From: a virus
Length of the DNA: 64,000 nucleotides
Reading direction: 5' to 3' (one strand)
IMG/VR virus record: IMGVR_UViG_3300020424_000002
Span: 1-64,000 of that record
A program made the position numbers and the translations under genes. A model generated the notes under the pieces. It worked only from the letters and a program-made list of their open reading frames with translations, did no database searches and was not told the origin of the DNA. Shown here piece after piece: positions 48,484 to 57,575 of this stretch. Each line of letters opens with the position of its first letter. The first letter of the stretch is position 1.

Positions 48484-48867
48484 ATGAGTGATAGAGAAAA
48501 GTTTAGTGGTGACATGAGTCGTAATGAGGTTGAAATTGACCTCAGTAAATTTATGGAAATGGTCACTGAGAACAACGACCTCAAACAAAAAATATTTGAG
48601 TTAGAACATGATGACAAAAAAAATCCATGGCAAAAATGGATATTTCTTGCAAGAGCAGTAGATAGTTGGAGAATATGGCCTCGTGCATTTTTAAGTGTGT
48701 ACATATTCTTAATTTACTTCGTAGTAATGTGGTTCATAGGATTAGAAGCACCGACAATGGAACAGTCTGGTCTTATCAGTATTCTGGTAGGAGCTGGAGC
48801 TGCTTGGTTTGGACTGTATGTAAATAGTGCAGCTAAAGAACACGATTCAAATAACAATAGTAAATAA
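48484..48867 (+). CDS. Two-TM membrane protein with N-terminal coiled coil (holin-like candidate)
   Basis: DSWRIWPRAFLSVYIFLIYFVVMWF...EQSGLISILVGAGAAWFGLYV. Confidence 0.65.
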   Translation: MSDREKFSGDMSRNEVEIDLSKFMEMVTENNDLKQKIFELEHDDKKNPWQKWIFLARAVDSWRIWPRAFLSVYIFLIYFVVMWFIGLEAPTMEQSGLISILVGAGAAWFGLYVNSAAKEHDSNNNSK

Positions 48868-48875
48868 ATAGTATT

Positions 48876-50813
48876 ATGGCAGAAGAACCTAAAGAAGTTG
48901 GAGCTGGGTTGGAAAAAATCTTCATGAATCGTATCGTGAAGCAAATAAAAGAATCCAATACAGAAAATACAATGACCCTTGCAGAAAAGATTGAGACTGC
49001 AATGGAAGGTATTTCTAATTTAAATGTTGCAGACACCAATAAATTAACCATGGCTACTAAAATGCAAGGTTCAATGGTCAAAGAATCAATAGATGACTTT
49101 ATAAATGAAAGTGGGATTGCAAATCTTACTAAAAATATAGACATTTTAGAATCAGACATATCTGATATGAAATCCACATTAGAAAAGAATGGTCAAGATA
49201 CCAATATATCTGCAATCAAAGAACTAGAGGAACAGAAAAGACAACTAGAAGAAATTCGTCAATATGGTAAAACTCTAAGTGGATTTGAAAGAAATGTTAT
49301 TAAAGTTTTTGGTGGTGGATTTGAAGAGTTAAAAAGGTCTGTTCAAGAAGGTGGTAACTTAACTGTTGCTGGAATTGCAACTTCATTTAAAGATAATCTT
49401 AGAGGAGACTTTGATAGAGTATTAAGTTTCTTTGGGCCTGCTGTTGGTATATTACAACAAATACCATTCCTTGGTACTATACTTACATTCATAGGACAAA
49501 GTATGAAATCAGTCTTGATTAGATTAGCAATGGCTGCCAAAGATAGAATATTTGGTAAAAAAACTGATAAGAAACGACTATCAATAGACGAAACTAATCT
49601 TAAAATAAATCAAAGGAATGTTAAACTTCAAGAACAACAATTAAGAACACAAAATAAAGCTGCAATATCTGGACAAACAGTTCTAGGTGGTGGAGATGAC
49701 CAACCAGTAGAAGCTGAAGGTGATGATGCAAAAGGTGGTGGTTCATTTAGAGCTGCATCTGTATTCTTAGGAGTTGCAGCTGCAATTGGTGGTGTTGCTG
49801 GTGCTGGATTATCTGCAGCTGCAGCTGGTATGAGTATATTTGCAAAAGGTGCTTTAAGATTTGCAGCTGCATTAGCAGTTGGTGGTCTTGCACTAGGTGT
49901 AGGGTTCACTGGTGTTTTTGGTGCATTTGCACTTGGTGAAAAGATGGGAGCATTCGATGGAATGGAAGCATTTGGTAAGGTCAATATGCTTAAAGTTCTT
50001 GGTAGTATGTTAGGTCTTGCAACTTTAATGGGAGTCTTAGGTTCAATTGTAACCTCTGGTATTGGTGCATTAATCATGGGAGCTGGTGCATTAGCAATCA
50101 TGGCTTTAGTAGGTACTTTGGTCTTGATGGGTAAAGGATTAGGTGAGTTTGCAGAGGGTATTTTACCTTTTGAAAAAATGAATATCCCTAGAATAAAAAC
50201 TAACATACAAGATATGGCAACTGTGGCTCCTGAGATTAAAGAATTAATGGATGCTGGTAGTGGTTCATTCTTTTCTTTTGGTGACCATCCTTTAAAGAAA
50301 CTTGCAGATGCATTAAGACCATATGAAGGTGATATGGGAAATGCAGCTGGAAATCTTAAAGAACTTAAAGGTGCATTAACAAATTTCGAATTACCTAAAA
50401 CAACTCTAGGAGAAGCATTGAGAGATTTCTTTGGTGTAGGTGCAATTGACCAATTAAATAGACTTGGAGAAATAGAAATAAAAGATGGACTAGGTGTTGA
50501 AATGTCTAGTCTTGGTAATGGTGTAAGTGTATTATCAAAGGCATTAAATAATTTAGATAGTACTAAAGTTGGACATTTAAAAGAACTATCAAATGCATTA
50601 GGTCGTATGAATAAAGTTGAGTTGAATTTTGGAACTGTTGGAATCCAGTCACCAACATTTACATCTGAAAATGGTGATATGACTGGTCAAACAGTTATTA
50701 ACAATGTAGTTTCAAATCCAATAAGTCAAAATAATACAACTATTAGACAAAGTTATATGGCAACTGGTTCTAAGGCAGTTCCTTCCCACATTCATTATAA
50801 TTCAATGAAGTAA
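48876..50813 (+). CDS. Tape-measure-like tail length determinant (gp29-like)
   Basis: Long helical protein with an Ala/Gly hydrophobic central region, downstream of gp26/gp51; C-terminal VINN..SN....N. Confidence 0.7.
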   Translation: MAEEPKEVGAGLEKIFMNRIVKQIKESNTENTMTLAEKIETAMEGISNLNVADTNKLTMATKMQGSMVKESIDDFINESGIANLTKNIDILESDISDMKSTLEKNGQDTNISAIKELEEQKRQLEEIRQYGKTLSGFERNVIKVFGGGFEELKRSVQEGGNLTVAGIATSFKDNLRGDFDRVLSFFGPAVGILQQIPFLGTILTFIGQSMKSVLIRLAMAAKDRIFGKKTDKKRLSIDETNLKINQRNVKLQEQQLRTQNKAAISGQTVLGGGDDQPVEAEGDDAKGGGSFRAASVFLGVAAAIGGVAGAGLSAAAAGMSIFAKGALRFAAALAVGGLALGVGFTGVFGAFALGEKMGAFDGMEAFGKVNMLKVLGSMLGLATLMGVLGSIVTSGIGALIMGAGALAIMALVGTLVLMGKGLGEFAEGILPFEKMNIPRIKTNIQDMATVAPEIKELMDAGSGSFFSFGDHPLKKLADALRPYEGDMGNAAGNLKELKGALTNFELPKTTLGEALRDFFGVGAIDQLNRLGEIEIKDGLGVEMSSLGNGVSVLSKALNNLDSTKVGHLKELSNALGRMNKVELNFGTVGIQSPTFTSENGDMTGQTVINNVVSNPISQNNTTIRQSYMATGSKAVPSHIHYNSMK

Positions 50814-50817
50814 ACCT

Positions 50818-51045
50818 TCAAGTTAACCCCATATCTTTACCCCAAGGCCCTTCATAATTAGGTGAGGGATACTTATCCTTTCTTTTGTACTTAGTTTTAT
50901 CTCGATGGACTTGAGACTGTCCATGTTTAGGTGTCACCTTGCGTGACTTAACCTTTGGTTCTTTCTTACCAAATGCCTTTTCCCAATTATCCTCGAATTG
51001 TTTATCACTGACCACTGTAGGTCTCCTTTTAGAACCTTTTCCCAT
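50818..51045 (-). CDS. Small basic hypothetical protein
   Basis: MGKGSKRRP......FEDNWEKAFGK...HRDKTKYKRK. Confidence 0.72.
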   Translation of the reverse strand: MGKGSKRRPTVVSDKQFEDNWEKAFGKKEPKVKSRKVTPKHGQSQVHRDKTKYKRKDKYPSPNYEGPWGKDMGLT

Positions 51046-51058
51046 AATTAATTAGAAG

Positions 51059-51214
51059 TGTTAAGAGCCCCTCAGTTATCCCGCTCGTTAACATGATATC
51101 CTCTGCCGCTGTCGATATCTTACCACGATTATGTACCCAAACCTCAACCATCCTACTTGGTACATTCTCTGAGTCAAGTGGTAACTCAGCCCCCTAAGTC
51201 AATCCTTTAGTGCA
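51059..51214 (-). ncRNA. Candidate structured small RNA downstream of gp32
   Basis: GC-rich intergenic region with four consecutive stem-loops, downstream of a TATAAATA box at 51220-51227. Confidence 0.5.
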
Positions 51215-51254
51215 TAGTATATTTATAATTCAAATAACTTAGGATTGACAATCC

Positions 51255-52148
51255 TTACACATCATTTGCAAGTTTTTGGAAGTATGAGATTGACTCATCT
51301 TCATCTACATCTGTTGTAGCAGTTGTAGGTTCTGCAACTGTTGGTTCTGGACTTGGAAATGCAACATCATCAAAGTCTGATGCAGTTGAAGCTGCAGTAG
51401 CAGTCGATGCTGTCATTCCTAAAACTCTGTCGAGTTTTTGTTTCAGTTCATCATAAGATTTGAACTGGTCTGGTGCAATCACCTCTTGTAGAGAATGTTG
51501 ACTATTCCAAACTGCTTCCAATTTTGCATCATCATCTGATAATGGTTTTGGAGTTGCAAACTCAGACTTATCATAGTTCCAGTAACCATCTACTTTACGA
51601 ACTTTAATTTTAAAGTCTGCACCTTCCCACAAATCAAAAGGATTCATTGGTGTTTCATCCTCAAATTGTGGTTGCATTTTGTCTTTCAACATTTCAAAGA
51701 TTTTCTTCCCATATCTGAACAGTTTGACTTGTCCTTCATTCTCTGGATGTGTTGGGTCAGAAACTACAAGAACATTAGACACATAGTGCAATCTTCTTTT
51801 TTGTTTCCTAGCAATATCTTTGTTTGCCTCTAATCCAGTATTCCACAATTCAGTATTGTGTTCTGATACTGGGTCTTTTTGATTAAGAGTAGTCAATGAC
51901 TTCTCTATATACCATCCACCTGGCCCTTGAAAACCATGGTCGAAGTATTGTACCCAAGGCATATCCTCACCTTGAGACGCAGGTAAAAATCTCACAACAG
52001 CATAACCATTACCAGTCTTATCTAAATCGATTTTCCAGTATCGGTCATCATTGTAGGATTTTGCTTCAGTTCCACCAGAAGTAGTTTCTAGTGTTTTTTG
52101 TAAGGTGTCGAATCCACCTCTAGATTTTTTTAAGTCTTGAAATGACAT
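51255..52148 (-). CDS. gp32: Single-stranded DNA-binding protein gp32
   Basis: DDRYWK..LDKTGNGYAVVRFLP, HGFQGPGGWYIE.SLTTL, YGKKIF, NPFDLWEGADFK, NYDKSEF; acidic tail. Confidence 0.97.
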   Translation of the reverse strand: MSFQDLKKSRGGFDTLQKTLETTSGGTEAKSYNDDRYWKIDLDKTGNGYAVVRFLPASQGEDMPWVQYFDHGFQGPGGWYIEKSLTTLNQKDPVSEHNTELWNTGLEANKDIARKQKRRLHYVSNVLVVSDPTHPENEGQVKLFRYGKKIFEMLKDKMQPQFEDETPMNPFDLWEGADFKIKVRKVDGYWNYDKSEFATPKPLSDDDAKLEAVWNSQHSLQEVIAPDQFKSYDELKQKLDRVLGMTASTATAASTASDFDDVAFPSPEPTVAEPTTATTDVDEDESISYFQKLANDV

Positions 52149-52196
52149 AATTATATCCTCGTATTAGCATTATATTTGCATTTTATTATTATTGTA

Positions 52197-52991
52197 TTAG
52201 AACAAGTATTCATCCAATGGAGAAACACTTAATTCATCCTTCATTATATAATAGTCTATGTTTGGAAATATGTCAACTAAAGTTTTTAGTTGGTCTGTCT
52301 GGGATATCCAACCTTGGTCACCAGTCTCAACAAGTCTGTTGTTTTCTGGGTCGTCTTCTGTCCCATAACATCGAGTTCCAGCATAGATGTTATTATATTT
52401 AGTCGAATCGTAATTCCAAACAGAATCAAATCCAACAAAAACTACATTATTGTAGTCGTGGTTCATTGATGCCATTGCAGCTGCAGTAGTACCAGCAAAC
52501 CAATTCTCAAATATGTGGTAGTCATGTTCTGGGCCACATACTTTTGAAATCTTGTAGTCATCCTCTATTCCTATTGCTTGCATTTCTAGGATACCAACAT
52601 TACCATTACCCTTTCCATGCATAGTCACTTTAGAATGACTTGGGTCTATCCATTCTCTCACTGGTACACCCATTGTTTCTTTTATTACATTATATTCTTC
52701 AAATCCTAATGGGTCATCCCATTCTCCAGAGAAGTAACATTTATTAAGTTTAGGATATCTAGACTCACAACATTCACCCATAATACTAACATCTACAATT
52801 GTGAGGTAGTCTGGAGTATAGTCTCTAAACAGTGCATTACACCCCCATATGTCCCCGCTAAGGACATTTAGGTCTAATCCTTGTCTAGATGTCCCATTAC
52901 CTATAATATATGCTGTATGACCACCATCTAGGTTCAGATATGAGTACATATCTGGTCTTAATTCTTCTGCTACGATTGCATCAACTGTCAT
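52197..52991 (-). CDS. Conserved T4-like protein with IGNG.SR / GCNA motif (DUF115/MptE-like fold)
   Basis: AYIIGNGTSR, IWGCNALFRDY.PD.L..VD, VFVGFD, NNIYAGT..Y. Confidence 0.65.
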   Translation of the reverse strand: MTVDAIVAEELRPDMYSYLNLDGGHTAYIIGNGTSRQGLDLNVLSGDIWGCNALFRDYTPDYLTIVDVSIMGECCESRYPKLNKCYFSGEWDDPLGFEEYNVIKETMGVPVREWIDPSHSKVTMHGKGNGNVGILEMQAIGIEDDYKISKVCGPEHDYHIFENWFAGTTAAAMASMNHDYNNVVFVGFDSVWNYDSTKYNNIYAGTRCYGTEDDPENNRLVETGDQGWISQTDQLKTLVDIFPNIDYYIMKDELSVSPLDEYLF

Positions 52992-53592
52992 ATATTTCTA
53001 ATACTTTTTCTTTTAACTTTTTATTGTTATATCCAATAAATCCTTGAGTCTTTTGTATCCTTCTTTGTAATTCTGGCCAAACATACTTTTCAGTTATGTT
53101 TACGCTGGAACTCCATCGTATGAGGGAATCGAGTAATACTCCAGTGGCAAAGGATATGGACTTGGATAAAATAGAGGAGACAATGATAGGATGACTAGAG
53201 CTATCAGTACTAAATAAATTGTCCAATACTCCTTCAAGTGAGTTAAGATATCTGATATCTTTCTCAAAACAGTAGAGTAAAGATTGGTTGTATTTTTTCC
53301 ATTCTGTGTAGTTTTCTTTTGCTTCTTCACCAAATAAGTCTCCTATCCAATAGTCTTTGTACATAAAGTTTGCAATGTAAAAGTCTTTAAGGTTTTCTCC
53401 ATGTTGTTTTCGTAATTTAGAAAACTGGAACTTATCAGACCTTTTGAGATAACTCTCAAACGATGCACTAACTTTACCATTATACTTGTTAAAATCATAA
53501 TCTGAATTGTAATGTAATTTGATACCAAGGTATAACTGATACGATTCATATCCGAACCTTGCATTGACATTTTCATAACCATGCCAACTCAC
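52981..53592 (-). CDS. gp59: Helicase loader gp59
   Basis: GYE.YQLYL.IKLH...YDFNKYNGK, F....R.DK..F.KL; adjacent to gp32 and gp33. Confidence 0.9.
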   Translation of the reverse strand: MSWHGYENVNARFGYESYQLYLGIKLHYNSDYDFNKYNGKVSASFESYLKRSDKFQFSKLRKQHGENLKDFYIANFMYKDYWIGDLFGEEAKENYTEWKKYNQSLLYCFEKDIRYLNSLEGVLDNLFSTDSSSHPIIVSSILSKSISFATGVLLDSLIRWSSSVNITEKYVWPELQRRIQKTQGFIGYNNKKLKEKVLEIYDS

Positions 53593-53594
53593 TA

Positions 53595-53870
53595 TTAATA
53601 CCTTCCACTTCTTTTGTAAGCTTCCAAGGCTTGTTCTTCACGAATCTTATCAATCTTAATCTTTCTCTTCCATGCATTGATTTTCTTTTGTCTTCTTGAA
53701 GAAGGTTTTTCATAATATTGTCTCTCACGAACCTCTGCAACAACACCACTTCGTTCACATTTCTTTTTGAATCGTCTCATTAAGACATCAAATGGTGGTG
53801 GGCCTGATGGTTTTTTGGGTTTTCTTCCCCATTCTTTTGACCTTTGTGGTCTTCGATTATAATGTTTCAT
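53595..53870 (-). CDS. rpsU: Ribosomal protein bS21
   Basis: [33 protein letters not shown] matches the bS21 core (E. coli [32 protein letters not shown]). Confidence 0.92.
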   Translation of the reverse strand: MKHYNRRPQRSKEWGRKPKKPSGPPPFDVLMRRFKKKCERSGVVAEVRERQYYEKPSSRRQKKINAWKRKIKIDKIREEQALEAYKRSGRY

Positions 53871-54097
53871 ATTGGTAGTTTACCTTTTCCTCGTTTTGCA
53901 TTTGGTTTTAACATATTATAAGATATTGCATCATTCTCTATTTTTTCTTTTAGAGGTGGTGTTATCAAATTCTTTACTGACTCTGGGTCTAGATGTTCTT
54001 TTTCACAATAGTATATTATTGCATCGATATAGTTTAATCCTTTTTGCAATACAACAGTTTCTATGGCTTCTGCAAATCTTTTTTTAGTGAGTATCAT
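53867..54097 (-). CDS. gp33: Late-transcription coactivator gp33
   Basis: F.EAIE..V....[11 protein letters not shown]...LDPE.V..LI..PLKEKI..DA...N.L. Confidence 0.92.
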   Translation of the reverse strand: MILTKKRFAEAIETVVLQKGLNYIDAIIYYCEKEHLDPESVKNLITPPLKEKIENDAISYNMLKPNAKRGKGKLPI

Positions 54098-54486
54098 GCC
54101 TCTTTATCGATATCCCATTTAATTCTTTTTTCATAGTTTGGTTTCTTCAACCTTGAGTCCATTTTCTCTATTCTTTGTTGTGTTCTATATGCAGATACCC
54201 AGTTACCGCCATTCCTTTCTGCTTCTTTAAATATGTAATTAGTTATCATGATTGGTATGAGGACTGCCATGTGAATTATGATTGACCAAACGATACTATA
54301 TCCTATCCAGTTCATCCAGTGCAGTGCAACTACACCAAAATAACAAGACCACATTATGAATAATGCAAGGGTAAAGTATGATTGAATTGAAGGGTCGTGT
54401 ATGTGTCTTAAAGGATTGTATCGATTGTCCATTACAACTCTCCAACAATCAATAACAAAAAACACCAGTCTTTTTAAAATATCCAT
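54094..54486 (-). CDS. Two-TM hypothetical membrane protein
   Basis: W..VMD.RYNPLRHI.D followed by two hydrophobic helices. Confidence 0.72.
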   Translation of the reverse strand: MDILKRLVFFVIDCWRVVMDNRYNPLRHIHDPSIQSYFTLALFIMWSCYFGVVALHWMNWIGYSIVWSIIIHMAVLIPIMITNYIFKEAERNGGNWVSAYRTQQRIEKMDSRLKKPNYEKRIKWDIDKEA

Positions 54487-54492
54487 AATATA

Positions 54493-54520
54493 ATTATACT
54501 ACCAAACTCTATATTGTCAA
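54493..54520 (-). promoter_or_regulatory. Sigma70-type promoter, likely leaderless
   Basis: TTGACA-N16-TATAAT, with 6 nt between the -10 box and the ATG (54486). Confidence 0.75.
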
Positions 54521-54524
54521 GTCT

Positions 54525-54974
54525 TTAATATCCATATCCATTTGGGTCTTCCCATCTACCCTGTTGGTTATGTTTTCTATGTGCAGTTTTTTCTTCCCAG
54601 TTTTCTATTGCTCGTTTGATTCCTTCTTCTGCAAGGACTGAACAGTGCAGTTTGATTGCAGGCAATTCAAGAGCATCTGCAATTTCTTTATCTTTAATAA
54701 GTTTTGCTTGTTCAATTGTTTTACCTTTAAGCATTTCAACAAACATTGTTGATGATGCAATAGCAGAACCACATCCATAAGTTTTGAACTTGACATCTTC
54801 AATTAAATCTCCATTCATTTTAAGGTCGAGTTTCATAACATCACCACACGCAGGAGCTCCAACTAATCCAGTTGCAACATTAGGGTCTTTAGGGTCGAAC
54901 CTACCGACTGCATGTTTCTCTGGATTGTTTAGAACATCTTCGAATCTTTGTACAACTTTTTTACTATATGCCAT
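54525..54974 (-). CDS. iscU: Fe-S cluster scaffold IscU
   Basis: GAPACGDVMKL, KFKTYGCGSAIASS, LPAIKLHCSVLAE; all three Cys ligands are present. Confidence 0.95.
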   Translation of the reverse strand: MAYSKKVVQRFEDVLNNPEKHAVGRFDPKDPNVATGLVGAPACGDVMKLDLKMNGDLIEDVKFKTYGCGSAIASSTMFVEMLKGKTIEQAKLIKDKEIADALELPAIKLHCSVLAEEGIKRAIENWEEKTAHRKHNQQGRWEDPNGYGY

Positions 54975-55004
54975 GATTTTTTTAAAAATTAAGATTATAA
55001 CTAT

Positions 55005-55074
55005 TATAAATATAAATGATAATTATCTATAACCAGATAGTATATCACTATTTTTAACCCTAAAACTATTTATA
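55005..55074. promoter_or_regulatory. Face-to-face late promoters for iscU (-) and the small ORF (+)
   Basis: TATAAATA on + at 55005-55012 and on - at 55067-55074. Confidence 0.6.
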
Positions 55075-55089
55075 AGGAGAACAATTCTC

Positions 55090-55227
55090 ATGATGAGTGC
55101 TGTTAATTATATTATTGAACATCGATGCGAAATTTGTGAAAAAATAAGAGAAGCTTTTTCATTTTCTTTTTTCATGTTGGCACCAATTGCAATACCATTT
55201 TTAATAATGTGGATGGCTAGTCACTAG
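55090..55227 (+). CDS. Small CxxC plus TM protein (45 aa), not in ORF track
   Basis: MMSAVNYIIEHRCEICEKIREAFSFSFFMLAPIAIPFLIMWMASH; AAGGAG RBS; TATAAATA at 55005-55012. Confidence 0.7.
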   Translation: MMSAVNYIIEHRCEICEKIREAFSFSFFMLAPIAIPFLIMWMASH

Positions 55228-55898
55228 TAACCATACATCCCTTTATAACTATCTCTAAGTTCTAATAACTTAGTGTGGTAAACTTCACTCGGTTTTTCTA
55301 TGAACAACTGACTTGTCCCATTACTCACTGCTATTAAGGTGATAATGTTCTCTACCTTCTTACCAGTTAAATCTTCAAACATTTTTGCATATGCAGTTTC
55401 TTGTATAAAATAGTTTTGTATCCATTCTGTCTTTTTTGGTTTTGCACTGGTTTTAAAATCAATGACTGATATCTCACCTTCCCACTCTGCAATACAATCT
55501 ACTCTACCAGCAAGTTGTAGGTTATGTGAATAAAGTGGTGATTCAAGTGCATGAACAGTTCCAATCTGATTTAATTCTTTTTCTACCGAAATAAATGCTT
55601 GTTGTGTAGTGGGCATTGCACCCTTAAACTTTTCTTCAAAGTTATCATTTCTAATATAGTCTTCGAATAGTTGGTGTGCAGATGTTCCATGTCTTGCAGC
55701 TTGAGTTGATATCTTGTTTGCTTGTTTTTCACCAACTTTTTTTCTCCACTTCTTAATTGCTTCTTTATTTAAAAGTCCAGTAACCGATGTCACTGATGGA
55801 TACTTCTCACCAGTTGGTGTGATATAGTATCGTTTACCATCTATATTTTCTGTAGGTAATGATTGAAAATCATAATCTAATATTTCAAAGGTCTTCAT
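55224..55898 (-). CDS. PD-(D/E)XK exonuclease
   Basis: RYY.TP.G.KYPSVTSV, W.K.VG, GT..H, E..LYS..L.LAGRVDCIAE, IDFKTS, YFIQ..AYA.M. Confidence 0.9.
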   Translation of the reverse strand: MKTFEILDYDFQSLPTENIDGKRYYITPTGEKYPSVTSVTGLLNKEAIKKWRKKVGEKQANKISTQAARHGTSAHQLFEDYIRNDNFEEKFKGAMPTTQQAFISVEKELNQIGTVHALESPLYSHNLQLAGRVDCIAEWEGEISVIDFKTSAKPKKTEWIQNYFIQETAYAKMFEDLTGKKVENIITLIAVSNGTSQLFIEKPSEVYHTKLLELRDSYKGMYGY

Positions 55899-56110
55899 GG
55901 AAATATTCTTTGTGGTTTTACATCCTCTGTCATTGCATCAAGTTCATTTATATCATGTTTACCATGAATTGTGACCTTAAATGTATCATCTGCTTTAATA
56001 AACTCTACCTCAAATGGTAGGTCATAACCTTTACCTTGTAGAATTGCAACTCTATCATTAAACTCTCTGTATTCGTCTCTTGTTAGTATTGTAGGTTTAA
56101 GTTCCATCAT
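55895..56110 (-). CDS. Hypothetical protein
   Basis: Probable start at MMELKP after GGGAG. Confidence 0.65.
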   Translation of the reverse strand: MMELKPTILTRDEYREFNDRVAILQGKGYDLPFEVEFIKADDTFKVTIHGKHDINELDAMTEDVKPQRIFP

Positions 56111-56693
56111 TATAACTCCCATATTCTTTACTTCCTATTGGCCCTGTATATGCAATATCAAATGATATTGAATATGATGGTTTATGACTATGCCATACCA
56201 CTGAATGTCCTATCCAAGATGGATGTATAATCACTTTACCTTTAGGCATATTAGTAAAAGGTGTGTAATCTTGATTAAAATCCGAAGGTTTTTCAACTTC
56301 TGGAAAATACATGTTTTGATATCCAGCATTAGGATTTACATAATATGTAGTATGTCCAGCATCTTCTGGAAAAAATGTTCCAGCCCATGAACAATTTTGA
56401 TGCCAATGAACTGGTAATGCGCTTCTAGTTTCATCATATACATTTAACCATAACTGATTAATTTTCATAGGTTGTTTAACAAAACCTACTTCAACTATTA
56501 AATTATTTGCACACTCTAATATCTTTTCCTCTAATTCTGGTAAATCTAAATCTAATACATTAGAATTAACAACACCTTTTCTATTATGTCCATCTACAAA
56601 TTTTTCATCTTTTGGTATTTCATATTCGTAATCAATATCACCAAGAAAAAATGGTGTTTGAAACATTCCTAGTACAGATTCATTCTCTTTCAT
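56097..56693 (-). CDS. 2OG-Fe(II) oxygenase (TIGR02466-like)
   Basis: WLNVY, PVHWHQN.SWAG.FF, G.VIIHPSWIGHSV, SISFD. Confidence 0.75.
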   Translation of the reverse strand: MKENESVLGMFQTPFFLGDIDYEYEIPKDEKFVDGHNRKGVVNSNVLDLDLPELEEKILECANNLIVEVGFVKQPMKINQLWLNVYDETRSALPVHWHQNCSWAGTFFPEDAGHTTYYVNPNAGYQNMYFPEVEKPSDFNQDYTPFTNMPKGKVIIHPSWIGHSVVWHSHKPSYSISFDIAYTGPIGSKEYGSYNDGT

Positions 56694-57252
56694 GTTTCAA
56701 ATCTTTACAGATTGCTTTATATGTACCAACCTGTTCTCCAGTTTCAACCACTCGTTGAACTCCTGTTTCAGTTATAATACCATCGTTGTTTACAAATGAT
56801 GTATTTTCTGTCTCTAGTGTTTGACCTACTAATATAGCTTTATCATAGGTATGACTAATTTCTATCATAGGACAAAATCTTCTCATTGCAAATAAACAAT
56901 TAAGACCAGCAGTTGCATCACTAATAGCTCCTCTTGCAGGCCCACCCATTTTTGTCCTAGGGTTGTTTTCCACTGAATGAAATTCTTTTACAGTTAAAAG
57001 AGTAATAAATCCTTGTGCTTGTCCTTCTTCAACTCTGACTCTCCATCCCCAAAAGAAATCTGGGTCAATCCAGTTACATGATATCATTTGATTAAATGCA
57101 GAAGGTCTATTTTGTTTTTGGGTTTGAGAAAAGACACCTTCTCCTTTAATCAATCCCCTATCTTTTGATTGGGCTTTCATAGTTTCTATTAAAGTCTCAT
57201 CACTTGCAAAGGGACTAAATCCTTCATTTTTTATATATTCTTTTATATTCAT
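56680..57252 (-). CDS. Hotdog-fold (PaaI-like thioesterase) protein
   Basis: GG..RGAISDATAG......F.P.IEIS.TY.K.I.VG pattern. Confidence 0.5.
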   Translation of the reverse strand: MNIKEYIKNEGFSPFASDETLIETMKAQSKDRGLIKGEGVFSQTQKQNRPSAFNQMISCNWIDPDFFWGWRVRVEEGQAQGFITLLTVKEFHSVENNPRTKMGGPARGAISDATAGLNCLFAMRRFCPMIEISHTYDKAILVGQTLETENTSFVNNDGIITETGVQRVVETGEQVGTYKAICKDLKHERE

Positions 57253-57575
57253 TCTTTTATTATACCTTGTCTTTTTTGAATCTCTACATGTTTTTTAATG
57301 ACTTCATCTGTCTTAACTTCTTTTGCACTTCTTCTACGATGTGTCTTTGCAAGTTCTGACCTAGGATGTTTATCTGCAACTTTAGACAACACCTCATTAA
57401 ATCCACCAGACTTACCAAAATCAGTTCTTGAACCAACATTTGATACAATGTTAGGTGATGAAATTCTTTTTTCAAGATGTGGATTGTCTTCTGCAAACTT
57501 ATCTAAGTCTTTATAAGACATTCTATGTTCTTCCATTTCATCTGTTTTGGTATTGTAGAATTCATATGTAGGCAT
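57249..57575 (-). CDS. FmdB-like conserved phage protein (Cys-less)
   Basis: MPTYEF.NT.T.E..E..MS...L..F..DNP.L, GGF.EVL.K....HP.S. Confidence 0.72.
   Translation of the reverse strand: MPTYEFYNTKTDEMEEHRMSYKDLDKFAEDNPHLEKRISSPNIVSNVGSRTDFGKSGGFNEVLSKVADKHPRSELAKTHRRRSAKEVKTDEVIKKHVEIQKRQGIIKE

Noticed and set aside
47464-50206. Minus-strand ORFs (e.g. 47671-48225, 49628-50206)
   Set aside because: Antisense to gp54/gp26/tape measure; they mirror codon bias only.
45865-51254. tRNA genes in the GC-rich intergenic stretches
   Set aside because: No cloverleaf, TTCGA T-loop or CCA end found.
52150-52196. Unstructured A/T-rich gp32 leader as an autoregulatory operator
   Set aside because: Plausible by analogy to T4, but not distinguishable from background AT-richness.
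55224-55898. Cas4 as evidence of a CRISPR system
   Set aside because: A common T4-like PD-(D/E)XK exonuclease lacking the Cas4 four-Cys cluster and any CRISPR context.
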